A DNA stretch of 64,000 nucleotides from a virus, in IMG/VR virus record IMGVR_UViG_3300024518_006178, positions 1 to 64,000 of that record. One strand, 5' to 3'. Shown here one piece after another: positions 8,793 to 17,457 of the stretch. Below the pieces are notes generated by a model. It was not told the origin of the DNA and did no database searches. It was given only the letters and a program-made list of their open reading frames with translations. Made by a program: the position numbers and the translations under genes. Each line of letters starts with the position of its first letter. Within the stretch, counting starts at the first letter, position 1.

Positions 8793-9479
8793 ATGGACGC
8801 GAAACAATTTCTTAAGAACCTCATGGGCAAGTATGCCGTAGCGGGAACATTCGCTGCTGATACTGTGCCCCATAAGCCTTCCGAGAATACCGTGCAGCCG
8901 GTAGGTTCTCTCGAAGAGCCGTGTCTCCATGGCATGGAGGTTAATACGGCGGCCACCTCGGCCAAGATCAGGAACATGGAGACGGATGAAAAGTTCAGGG
9001 GTGGCCCCAAGGCTACCGCAGGGGATGCCGCCCAGACCGCAGCCGCTGCCGCTGCTTCCAGCCCGAGGGTGGCGGTCCCCCGCCGATTCCAGGAGTCGTC
9101 GTCTCATACGGCGAGGCCCAGCGACGCCGGGACCACCCAGGCTATTCATCTGTATGCCAAAACCAACTACTTTATGGACAACAGGCCGGAGGTGGTCAAG
9201 ACGACCCAGGCCACGCATCTCAAGGCGTTCGCCAGGTGGCTGCGGGACAAGGGTCTGATGACTGCTCATGGCATGGCCATAACGGACGGCGGTATCGGCA
9301 AGGATGTGACCTTGACCGACAACATGCTGAGCCCGGCAGGCAAGATCTTGATGACCAAACACTATCCGGCATGGGCGAAGGCTGCCAAACCTGGCAGAAT
9401 TCCGTCCCTTTTAGAGTTTGATCGCGCGCTGCCCCAGGTCCAAGAGGCGGTCCTGCGCGTTGCGGCGAAGGGGAAATAG
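8793..9479 (+). CDS. hypothetical protein (FLKNLMGKYA N-terminus)
   Basis: 228-aa ORF in the operon orientation. Confidence 0.55.
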   Translation: MDAKQFLKNLMGKYAVAGTFAADTVPHKPSENTVQPVGSLEEPCLHGMEVNTAATSAKIRNMETDEKFRGGPKATAGDAAQTAAAAAASSPRVAVPRRFQESSSHTARPSDAGTTQAIHLYAKTNYFMDNRPEVVKTTQATHLKAFARWLRDKGLMTAHGMAITDGGIGKDVTLTDNMLSPAGKILMTKHYPAWAKAAKPGRIPSLLEFDRALPQVQEAVLRVAAKGK

Positions 9480-9482
9480 ACG

Positions 9483-9983
9483 ATGGCAACAAAAGCTTTG
9501 ACGGCCACATTTAACCTGCATGACGCCGGTAAGACCGCCGAAGAGAGGTTTGGAGACGAGGCAGAAGCCGCCGCCAGCAAACGGGGCGCGGCTGCGACTG
9601 GCGATGTGGTGTTCACCGACCCCAACAGAAACTTCACGACGGACGGTATCACAACAAGCCACAAGATCAGGATACTAGAGGGCACTGGCAACATCCAGCG
9701 GGATGCGGACGTTGACGTTATCGGAACCACGACCATAGAGGTTAGTGGAGTCAACTTCGACGCCACGGAGGGCGGGTTGCTCTACGCGATCTACCTTCCG
9801 CCTGACACCGCCGCCATCAAGGACACCCCCTCTTCGAGAGGGTTGGGTCTGGTGGGGTTCGAGGAATGGCTGAACGCCATCGAAACCGAGGAAACCATCG
9901 CCCTGGAAACAGAGTTAATAGCTCTGCATCATTCACCGGGTCTAACCGAACAGGTTATCGTGTACGATGACACAGCGCCGTAA
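9483..9983 (+). CDS. putative virion accessory protein
   Basis: FTDPNRNFTTDGI domain resembles the repeats inserted in the sheath and baseplate. Confidence 0.5.
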   Translation: MATKALTATFNLHDAGKTAEERFGDEAEAAASKRGAAATGDVVFTDPNRNFTTDGITTSHKIRILEGTGNIQRDADVDVIGTTTIEVSGVNFDATEGGLLYAIYLPPDTAAIKDTPSSRGLGLVGFEEWLNAIETEETIALETELIALHHSPGLTEQVIVYDDTAP

Positions 9984-10233
9984 CGACAAAATATTGTCGG
10001 CCTTTTTCGATGAGGTTCAAAAGCTGGGCGGCGTAGCGTCCAGCTTGTTTGAAGATAAGAAGGGCGAACTGTTGAAGCGCGTATCCGCCCAGCGACAAGG
10101 TGCTCCGCAGATTGGTAGTAACTACCAGTCGCGAGAGATGACGCCGGGCCCCGCCTATGACAGGAAGGGGCAGGGGGGCGGACAGCTGGCTTTAGGTGGT
10201 GCCGAAGCGCCGAGTGGCGAGGTGCTCTCCTAA
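9967..10233 (+). CDS. small protein with AFFDEVQKLG motif
   Basis: Shared N-terminal motif. Confidence 0.55.
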   Translation: MTQRRNDKILSAFFDEVQKLGGVASSLFEDKKGELLKRVSAQRQGAPQIGSNYQSREMTPGPAYDRKGQGGGQLALGGAEAPSGEVLS

Positions 10234-10949
10234 TGCATTACCCCAGCTACGTGAAAGACAGCATCCTAAAGTGGTTGCAGGACCTCTTCGGCCAGGAGAA
10301 ATTCTACGAGAGGCCCAACAAGCGCATCCGGGACCTGGAGGACGTGTATCAGCCTAAGCAGGAGCACGACCTCTACGATCCTGACGTGCCTGAAGAGCTT
10401 AAGGCCTGTCTAGTCAACGACTACAAGTGGCTTAAGGATCAAGAAGCCACGGGTATTCATATAGCTGATCAGTGGACTGAGAATCTTGAGAGGCCTGAGG
10501 CCAGGCCCGCTCTGATAATCTCCCGTGGCCCTATAAGTTGGGAAAATAGGGGCGGGATAGATCAGCATGAATCTTCGTCTTTCGGTTCGGGGGCCAAGCG
10601 GTTCACGGATATGCTGTTCAGTCAAGTAACCGTGAATTGCTTTAGCAGGGAGGGTCTTGAAGCAGAGCTGCTGGCAAACCTGGTCTTCCAGGCCGTTAGG
10701 TTCTTCGCCCGGGAGTTGCGCAATCAAACGAACATTTTCGAAATTGATTCTGCATCATTCGGATCCGAGGCGCTGATACAGTCTGACTCGAAGGTCGATT
10801 GGACGGTTGTGCCGGTCAGTGTAGTGCTTCATTTTCAAGACAGGTGGTTACTCAAAGTCCCGACTCAGCGTCCGGAAAAGATTGAGACCACTCTCGCTGC
10901 AAATCGTTTGGAGCAGGTCACCGAAACCGAAGTGGTGACGTTAGACTAA
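10233..10949 (+). CDS. putative tail terminator/completion protein
   Basis: RPALIISRG, VNCFSREGLEAELLA motifs; lies immediately before the sheath. Confidence 0.55.
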   Translation: MHYPSYVKDSILKWLQDLFGQEKFYERPNKRIRDLEDVYQPKQEHDLYDPDVPEELKACLVNDYKWLKDQEATGIHIADQWTENLERPEARPALIISRGPISWENRGGIDQHESSSFGSGAKRFTDMLFSQVTVNCFSREGLEAELLANLVFQAVRFFARELRNQTNIFEIDSASFGSEALIQSDSKVDWTVVPVSVVLHFQDRWLLKVPTQRPEKIETTLAANRLEQVTETEVVTLD

Positions 10950-10962
10950 CAGGAGAGAAACT

Positions 10963-13422
10963 ATGGCTAACGGGACTATCCCACGTCCGGACGCTTTTGT
11001 TGAACAAGTGTTCGGGGAGGCAACTCCCGCATTGCTACCGCCGCCGCTGCCGGTGGTAGTCATTGGGACGGCAAAACAAATAGAATTTCGCCAGCAGGCC
11101 GGGTCCTATGCGGCGAGCACAGCAGCTACCTACGCATATCCGAATTTGCTTTCGGGTGCATCTGTCGACTTGGCATCGGTTGAGGCGTTCCTGTTCACTT
11201 CGGACGGGACGTTCCAGCTGGACAGCGGGGACTTCAGCGCCACGGCGTCTGGGGTGCAGGTGCTGTCGTATGTCACGACCTCTGATTTCGTTACCGAGGA
11301 TCAAGTCAACGGCGAGATCCAGGGTGACGAAAACATCCAGGACCCGACCGCGTACGAGGCGGATGGCGCGGGCACTATTGCCACCAAGGTGTTCACCTCG
11401 TTGTTGTCGGACTTCGTCGCGGCGGGCGTCAAGGCCGGGAACCTGCTGGAGATCATCGATGACGGTGGCGGTGGTGCCGACAACCTCCAGTACCGTGTCG
11501 ACGAGGTCACGGACCTCAACACCTTGGTTCTCCGCTTGGAGCCCGAGGATGAGTGGACGGGCTTCACGGCAGGCATCACCGGGGCCACGTTCCGCGTGAT
11601 TGCTGACTGGACTACGTTTAAGGACGAGACGGTCGACTTCCAACAGCTTGGTATAGTTGGCGGCCTCAGCATGGGGGTCATCATCGATGGTGCTCGCTAT
11701 CGTGTTGAGTTTGTTAAGAGTGCAACCGAGCTGGCCATCAACCCCGAGCAGCTCGGCGCGCTCAGCGTGACCACGATCATCGGAACGCCCGGTGGCGTCT
11801 TGATCTCGGGTGACTTTACGGATGAAATCCTTCCAGGCGACAAGATCGTCATCGAGACGGGTGCCGATGCGGGCATCTACGAGGCCGACACGGTCGTCTA
11901 CGGCGTGCCGAACACCACGGTCACGTTTATCACGGGCGACGACATTACCGCCGCCACCACCGAGCCGATTCACACGTTCAGGCCTCTCACGGCTGCGGTG
12001 GACGTTGCCTACAGCATCGACGAGAATCGCACGGACCGTAACGGTACGATCCTTCTGTCGTATGATGCGGACAGAACGGACCTGAGCGGCGTGCTCACCC
12101 AGATCCAGGACACGGATGACCTCAATAACACGCTCGGCGCTTCCGTTCCGGAAAACCCGCTGGCCTTTGGCGCGTTCTGGGCTCTACAGAATACGGGCAC
12201 AACCGTATTCGTCATCGGTATCAACAGTGACACCGTGGCTGAGCACGCGTCAGCGCTGGACATTCTCGGCAACGAGGAGGTCTACGCTCTGGCACCTCTT
12301 ACGCAGGATTCTACCGTGCATCAGCTGTATGCTGCGCACGTCACGGCGTTCTCCGCTGTGGACGCGAAGCGCGAGAGAATCGTCTTCCTGAACAGGGAGC
12401 TGTTCGTTCAGGAGACCAAGATCGACGAGGCGGACGGCACCAGCGCCGTCGCCACAAACGCCACGCCTCCGGCCAACGACTCGTTCGTTGATTCCGGTGC
12501 GGACTTCACAACCGACGGCATCATTGCGGGTGACGAGATCACCTGGACCTATACGCCGGATGGTGGATCCGTGACGACCCAGACCATCAGGGTTCTGGAC
12601 AGGTCGAACAGCACGACGCTGCTCCTGATCGAGGGTCTGCCCTCGATATTCTTCACGGACTGGGCGGCGGGCTCGACCACGGCCAAGACCTACACGATCA
12701 AGTCCAGGTCGCTTGACAAGTTCGAACAGGCTGAGTTCATTCGCGACTACTCAAAGGCCTTCGCCAACCGTCGCGTCTACAATATCTGGCCTGACCTGGC
12801 CGAGTTCACCTACACGGACAACACCCGTGATACGGACTTCCTGACCCAGGCCGAGCTTACCGGTACGCCGCCCACGACGGGCGACTTCACCGGTGTGTTC
12901 CCGGGGTACTATCTGTCATCGGTGTACGGAGGCCTCGTCGCAGGGCAGCCTCCGCAGCAGCCGTTCACCAACGTCAACGTTGTCGGCCCCACCGGGCTGC
13001 GCAACTCGAACAGGTACTTCACTGAAACCCAGATGGACATTATCGCGTCCGGCGGGACGTTCATTGTGATCCAGGAGGCGGAGGATACTCCGGTATTCTG
13101 CCGCCACCAGCTTTCGACCGATGTTACCATCATCGAAAAGCGGGAGCTGTCCATCACGAAGGACGTGGACTTCATCGCGAAGTTCTTCCGTAATCAGCTG
13201 AGGCCCTACGTTGGCAACCAGAACATCACGACCGTGTATCTTGAGCAGCTCAAGATCGTGGTGAATTCCCTGATCGAGAGGTTGGTCGCGGACGGCCAGC
13301 TTATTAGCGGCAGCCTGATCACGCTCAGACAGTCCGATGAAGAGTCGGACACCGTGCTGGTTGAGGTTGATATTCTCGTGCCGTTCCCGGCAAACTACAT
13401 CCGCGTCACCCTGTTCATCTGA
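10963..13422 (+). CDS. contractile tail sheath protein
   Basis: N-terminal RPDAFVEQ..PVVVIG; C-terminal RHQLSTD..RELSI..VDFIAK..PFPANYIRVTL sheath domain; 819 aa. Confidence 0.85.
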   Translation: MANGTIPRPDAFVEQVFGEATPALLPPPLPVVVIGTAKQIEFRQQAGSYAASTAATYAYPNLLSGASVDLASVEAFLFTSDGTFQLDSGDFSATASGVQVLSYVTTSDFVTEDQVNGEIQGDENIQDPTAYEADGAGTIATKVFTSLLSDFVAAGVKAGNLLEIIDDGGGGADNLQYRVDEVTDLNTLVLRLEPEDEWTGFTAGITGATFRVIADWTTFKDETVDFQQLGIVGGLSMGVIIDGARYRVEFVKSATELAINPEQLGALSVTTIIGTPGGVLISGDFTDEILPGDKIVIETGADAGIYEADTVVYGVPNTTVTFITGDDITAATTEPIHTFRPLTAAVDVAYSIDENRTDRNGTILLSYDADRTDLSGVLTQIQDTDDLNNTLGASVPENPLAFGAFWALQNTGTTVFVIGINSDTVAEHASALDILGNEEVYALAPLTQDSTVHQLYAAHVTAFSAVDAKRERIVFLNRELFVQETKIDEADGTSAVATNATPPANDSFVDSGADFTTDGIIAGDEITWTYTPDGGSVTTQTIRVLDRSNSTTLLLIEGLPSIFFTDWAAGSTTAKTYTIKSRSLDKFEQAEFIRDYSKAFANRRVYNIWPDLAEFTYTDNTRDTDFLTQAELTGTPPTTGDFTGVFPGYYLSSVYGGLVAGQPPQQPFTNVNVVGPTGLRNSNRYFTETQMDIIASGGTFIVIQEAEDTPVFCRHQLSTDVTIIEKRELSITKDVDFIAKFFRNQLRPYVGNQNITTVYLEQLKIVVNSLIERLVADGQLISGSLITLRQSDEESDTVLVEVDILVPFPANYIRVTLFI

Positions 13423-13449
13423 GCAGGTGGAGCATAGAAGGAGAAAATA

Positions 13450-14250
13450 ATGGCACCACTTGCAGAAGGTGGATCAGGGCGGAATCAAAGAGACACCAGT
13501 GTCGCGAATTGGCAGTGGTATGATCGTCACGTTACATCAGAGCTCAAGTCGGGCGAATTTATCTCGGCAGCAACCGTGCTGGTTGCCGCCGGGCCCCCGA
13601 TGCTACAGGACGCCGGAGTAGCCGCCCAGACGACCGAAAACGGCCCTCAGGCCCTGGCGGAAATTGCCTACCCTTTGGGTCTCATCGAGAACTTTGGTGT
13701 GTCCCAGAATAGGCAGCTCCAGCGCATGTTTGAGATCGGGTCCAAGAGGTCGTACTTCATCCCGGGGCGGACCATCGGGTCGCTGTCGCTCGGGCGAGTG
13801 CTCTTCTACGGGCCGTCGATCATGCGCGTGCTGTACTCGTACTACCCGACCAACAAGAAGTACTACGGGCCGAAGGGCGGCAAACAAGGCGTCGCCAATC
13901 AGCTCGGCACGGGGCAGATGGAAGGCGTGGGCGAGAACCTGGCCAAAAAGAACTTCATCACCACCGTCAACGATCTCCCCGGCTATGGTCGGCAGAATTC
14001 AGCGAACATCGGCAGCGAAAACGCTGACTTCTGGATCAACTTGGCGTCGGACCTGTTCGACAAGCCCTTCGGGCTGTTGTGTCTGTTGCGCGACCATCGG
14101 GACACGCCCTACGGCGCGTTCTACCTGGAAGACTGCAATCTCCAGGCGCACCAGTTCAACATCAACGCCTCTTCGGTAATGGTTGCTGAAGGCGTGTCAG
14201 CGCAGTATGACAAGATGGTGCCCCTGGCCGTATCGTCAGGCCGCACCTAG
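13450..14250 (+). CDS. tail tube protein
   Basis: Follows the sheath; GLIENFGVSQNRQLQRMFEIGS..YFIPG and YLEDC motifs. Confidence 0.75.
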   Translation: MAPLAEGGSGRNQRDTSVANWQWYDRHVTSELKSGEFISAATVLVAAGPPMLQDAGVAAQTTENGPQALAEIAYPLGLIENFGVSQNRQLQRMFEIGSKRSYFIPGRTIGSLSLGRVLFYGPSIMRVLYSYYPTNKKYYGPKGGKQGVANQLGTGQMEGVGENLAKKNFITTVNDLPGYGRQNSANIGSENADFWINLASDLFDKPFGLLCLLRDHRDTPYGAFYLEDCNLQAHQFNINASSVMVAEGVSAQYDKMVPLAVSSGRT

Positions 14251-14289
14251 GATAGTGCGCTGGTCGGCCTTTAGGCTGGCCTCTTCGCC

Positions 14290-14329
14290 GGGGCAGGGAC
14301 CTTTTGCCGGGGGCCCTGCCCCACTTTTT
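14290..14329 (+). terminator. intrinsic terminator after tail tube
   Basis: GGGGCAGGG...CCCTGCCCC stem followed by a T-run. Confidence 0.7.
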
Positions 14330-14336
14330 ATGGGCT

Positions 14337-14361
14337 AAAAAGAGGGGTGACCCTCTTTATT
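14337..14361 (-). terminator. intrinsic terminator (possibly bidirectional)
   Basis: AAAGAGGG/CCCTCTTT stem flanked by A- and T-runs. Confidence 0.6.
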
Positions 14362-14384
14362 CCAGAGCCCTGTGGGCTGCTGGA

Positions 14385-14657
14385 TTACCACCCATCAGAT
14401 TTGCATGCGTGCTCCAGGCACCTCTGATGGTGGGCGATCATGCCCGCCCTGTGGCCCTGCGTGGGCCGGTTGTCGTGGGTGTATACCCACCGCTGCTGAT
14501 AGGGCTCATGCAGCTCCTGCCAATAGGCGAGTTGGCCGCGATGATACTCGCGGAGCTCCCGCAGCTCTTCTGGCGTGTTCGGTCGGTTCCGAAACGCCTG
14601 CGCCATGATGGACGGCTGCGCCGCCCCATAGCTCAACGTCGGTAGCATCCTGCTCAT
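14385..14657 (-). CDS. hypothetical protein, paralog of 14685..14945
   Basis: M.PTLSYG..QPSI..QA and MI.HH shared; AAGGAG RBS. Confidence 0.65.
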   Translation of the reverse strand: MSRMLPTLSYGAAQPSIMAQAFRNRPNTPEELRELREYHRGQLAYWQELHEPYQQRWVYTHDNRPTQGHRAGMIAHHQRCLEHACKSDGW

Positions 14658-14684
14658 ATCGATCTCCTTTTCTAGGGTTTTGGT

Positions 14685-14945
14685 TTATTTGGTCCAGAGG
14701 TCGATTGCCCAGTGATGGTGCTCGATCATGCGCCGCCGAAGATCCGGGTCATTCTTTTGTGTGAGCTTGTTCCAGAACGGCCCGTGAACGTTTTCCCAGA
14801 ACTTAATCTGGGCCTGGTGTTCTCCGACCTTGTCCGACCTCTCTCGCGGCGTGGGCGGGCGGTCGTAGGCCATTCCGGCCTGCATCAGGATACTGGGCTG
14901 GTCAACGCCGTAGGACAAAGTCGGGATCATTCCTCGGTTCGACAT
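14685..14945 (-). CDS. hypothetical protein, paralog of 14385..14657
   Basis: Same shared motifs; GGAG RBS. Confidence 0.65.
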   Translation of the reverse strand: MSNRGMIPTLSYGVDQPSILMQAGMAYDRPPTPRERSDKVGEHQAQIKFWENVHGPFWNKLTQKNDPDLRRRMIEHHHWAIDLWTK

Positions 14946-15021
14946 AGCGATCTCCAGGGGAAGGGGTTTAAGTTTTCTCTACTATTCTTATGCCTGAAAA
15001 TAGGGTGGGAATTTACGGGGT

Positions 15022-15048
15022 AAAAAGAGGGGCGGCCCTCTTTATTTT
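15022..15048 (-). terminator. intrinsic terminator
   Basis: AAAGAGGG/CCCTCTTT stem; near-copy of the one at 14337. Confidence 0.55.
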
Positions 15049-15323
15049 TCCACCAGTATATGCGACTCAGGAATGTCTCCCACGGCGACCTCGAAGGGAT
15101 GGTCGAGCTTATCGTTTAGATCGCCCAGCCTTTTCCCAAACCAGCAGTCCCCGATGACTCGCTCGACGGGCACCCACTTGAAGTTGTTGATCGGCCCACC
15201 GCTGTAGGTGGCAGTGGCCTGATATTCGTCACCACCACCACAGGCGGGCATGAAAACCAAGGGTCTACACCACTGGCCTTTTTGAATAGTGTCGTCTTCT
15301 TCGAGCAGCTTGATGCTGATCAT
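15042..15323 (-). CDS. hypothetical protein
   Basis: AAGGAG RBS; phage-like small ORF. Confidence 0.6.
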   Translation of the reverse strand: MISIKLLEEDDTIQKGQWCRPLVFMPACGGGDEYQATATYSGGPINNFKWVPVERVIGDCWFGKRLGDLNDKLDHPFEVAVGDIPESHILVEK

Positions 15324-15332
15324 GGCGGCTCC

Positions 15333-15623
15333 TTAGCAGTCGAAGTAGATGGTCAGTTTCACCTGCTTGTCGGGCCGGTCGCCACTTGGCAGCTTGACCT
15401 TTGCGCCGCCCGACATGCCAGGGTCATCCCAGAAGCCATTGGATGGGCTCTTCGCGCGCATCTCGTCAACATCGAAGTGGACCTCTTGGCTGAAATCCTT
15501 CTTCTTGATGGCATCCAGGACTCCCTTGTCGACGGGGTTGTTTTCTCCGTCCAGCTTGTCGCTGTCGATATAGCATTGTGTGGGTTCGTAGTCATGAAAG
15601 TGTTCGTCAATTTGAATGATCAT
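15333..15623 (-). CDS. hypothetical protein
   Basis: AAGGAG RBS; overlaps the upstream stop. Confidence 0.6.
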   Translation of the reverse strand: MIIQIDEHFHDYEPTQCYIDSDKLDGENNPVDKGVLDAIKKKDFSQEVHFDVDEMRAKSPSNGFWDDPGMSGGAKVKLPSGDRPDKQVKLTIYFDC

Positions 15624-15840
15624 CGTCTTGCTTCTCCTTTGTCTTCCTCGAATGGTTCCAGCCTTTCACCACGGCCTTGCATAGCCCCATGACCGTGGCC
15701 TCGTCCGCGTCGAAGGGGACGAGTTCATAGGGGCCCTTGGCCCCACATTCGTCGCACGCAACGAAGACGACCCTGCCGCCCTGGAAAGCAGCCTCTTCAG
15801 ACTCACAGAACGGGCAGGGTGCTAAGTCTTCGTCATACAT
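15607..15840 (-). CDS. Lar-family (restriction alleviation-like) zinc-ribbon protein
   Basis: LAPCPFC...V.CDECGAKGP...WN; start reassigned to 15840 after AGGAG. Confidence 0.65.
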   Translation of the reverse strand: MYDEDLAPCPFCESEEAAFQGGRVVFVACDECGAKGPYELVPFDADEATVMGLCKAVVKGWNHSRKTKEKQDDDHSN

Positions 15841-16409
15841 CACAGCTCCTTGACCGGTATCCCCAGTCGTTTGGCCGCAGCCTTGAGGGGCACAGCCCAG
15901 CCCGAGGGCTTGAGGTCCATAATCGAGCCATTCCACGAGAAGGTCATGTAGTAGACCCTGCGCCCCACGGAATTCTTTTCCCAGTGGTGGTTGGCGATAT
16001 GGATCTTCTCAGGGCGGTCCTGGTGCAGCCTGTCCATGTAAAGTTCCACGTCACATGAGGTGATCAGAAAAGAGCCCTTCTCGGAAGAGGTCTCACCCAT
16101 GAAGTTCTCGCCCCTGAACCATACAGGAATATTGGATCGCGCCGTGCCCCAAGTCCACTCGGGCCACGTGCGGATGCTTCTCTTTACCTTGTAGCTGGCA
16201 AGGCAAACCAGCCAATCTTTCTCGAAGATCGGTGTCGGGAATCGGACAACTGCTGAGGAGCAGTCTTTTTCTTTATGTGTGGCGATTGCCGGGGTGCAAT
16301 TGCCATATAGTCTGTGCCGCACCCTGCCGGAGGCCAGCATCACCGTCGCCGAGGTGGCGCTACTGAAGTGTCGGCAGGTTCCGTAATTGGGCTTGGGCCC
16401 GCTGCTCAT
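15840..16409 (-). CDS. hypothetical protein
   Basis: AGGAG RBS before ATG at 16409; N-terminal CRHF...C motif. Confidence 0.55.
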   Translation of the reverse strand: MSSGPKPNYGTCRHFSSATSATVMLASGRVRHRLYGNCTPAIATHKEKDCSSAVVRFPTPIFEKDWLVCLASYKVKRSIRTWPEWTWGTARSNIPVWFRGENFMGETSSEKGSFLITSCDVELYMDRLHQDRPEKIHIANHHWEKNSVGRRVYYMTFSWNGSIMDLKPSGWAVPLKAAAKRLGIPVKEL

Positions 16410-16561
16410 GTCAAAATCTCCTGTCTCTAAGTGCCTGAGGCCTCGCTCCGGCGGGGCCATGCGTTAGGGTCTCTATTGTTCCGACAAGCGCCTGGTATTA
16501 ATCGACTTGGGGGGAATAATATGTTGGACTATGACTGGACGTTATGCCATATCTGGCAAAC

Positions 16562-16604
16562 AAAATAAGGGGGAGGCGCAGTTCGGCCCGCCGCCCCCCC
16601 CTTC
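16562..16604 (-). terminator. intrinsic terminator at the 3' end of the putative ncRNA
   Basis: G-rich/C-rich stem then TTATTTTG on the minus strand. Confidence 0.6.
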
Positions 16605-16609
16605 CTATT

Positions 16610-17141
16610 AGGTTTATCGGTGTATGGTCCGTCTGGGCTCCTCCAGGTGGCTGCTAACCGCCTGCCGTCGACGCCGCGTTACGGGAGAGAAGTTCGTCAA
16701 AGCTCGGAGGCCAAAACACCTGATCACTCTGGGCGTTATCACGGCCATATCATGCCGTTTCTCCTTGCGGGATTGTTTTACCTCTTCTGAGTATCCTTTA
16801 GCATCATAACCACCGTCTGGGCCCGCATCCACGCTCCCTAAGGTGCCAGGGAAAAGGGGTAGCGGGTCGTCAAAGCTCGGGGTTGCACCTTCAAGCCTCA
16901 TTCTTCAAGCCTCAATCAGTCTTCGAGAATCGTCTTCTGTCGTATCGTCTGTGGTAGTTTACGCCTGTCTCATTTTACGCACCTCCCGTCTTGGGCTACT
17001 ACGACTGTCTTCCGTCTTGGTTAGCCGTCTGCTCCCCACGTCGGGTCAGGAGAGTGCTAGCTCGGCGCGACGATTGTCGACTTTTCGCCCGTTAACCGAC
17101 TACCTGATCAAGACTACCGTCCGTGACTGTCTTGTCTCCGT
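16610..17141 (-). ncRNA. putative structured ncRNA with three CCGAGCU...CAGACGG motifs and 12 AGAC copies
   Basis: No convincing ORF; the repeated motif sits in different but base-paired stems; G-U pairs favour the minus strand; ends at a terminator. Confidence 0.55.
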
Positions 17142-17429
17142 TTAGTAGACCTTGATCCCGAATTTCTCGCAGATCTCCGGGGGGAGATCCTCGACAGGGT
17201 ACCAGTTGCACTCGCACCCGTAAACGACTTTACCGGCGTCCAGGTGGATGCACGGGCATACTTCCGGCCCGTTTATCGCGCTGTTGTGGAACTCCTCGCC
17301 CTGGTAGTTCCCGAGCCCTATGAGGACGGACCTATCCTCGTTGAATGCCGCCACGCGGCAGTTTGTCATCTTGACGGTCTTGGGCTTGGGCAGAGCCTGG
17401 TGATCCATGTACTCTTTCACATTGGACAT
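17142..17429 (-). CDS. hypothetical protein
   Basis: GAGGAG RBS before MSNVKEY; CPCI.LD.G.VVYGCECNW motif. Confidence 0.6.
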   Translation of the reverse strand: MSNVKEYMDHQALPKPKTVKMTNCRVAAFNEDRSVLIGLGNYQGEEFHNSAINGPEVCPCIHLDAGKVVYGCECNWYPVEDLPPEICEKFGIKVY

Positions 17430-17457
17430 ATGGGTCTCCTCTGGTGTCCTAAAGCGA

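Noticed and set aside
16610-17141. CRISPR array, tRNA, tmRNA or RNase P identity for the repeat region
   Set aside because: Repeats are short and irregularly spaced; no cloverleaf/T-loop, CCA end or RNase P signature was recognised; no cas genes are present.
16614-17145. ORFs 16614..16901 (-), 16624..16809 (+) and 16843..17145 (+)
   Set aside because: Low-complexity translations; the repeats are conserved with their base-paired stems, which fits RNA structure better. The short MAVITPR frame is not fully excluded.
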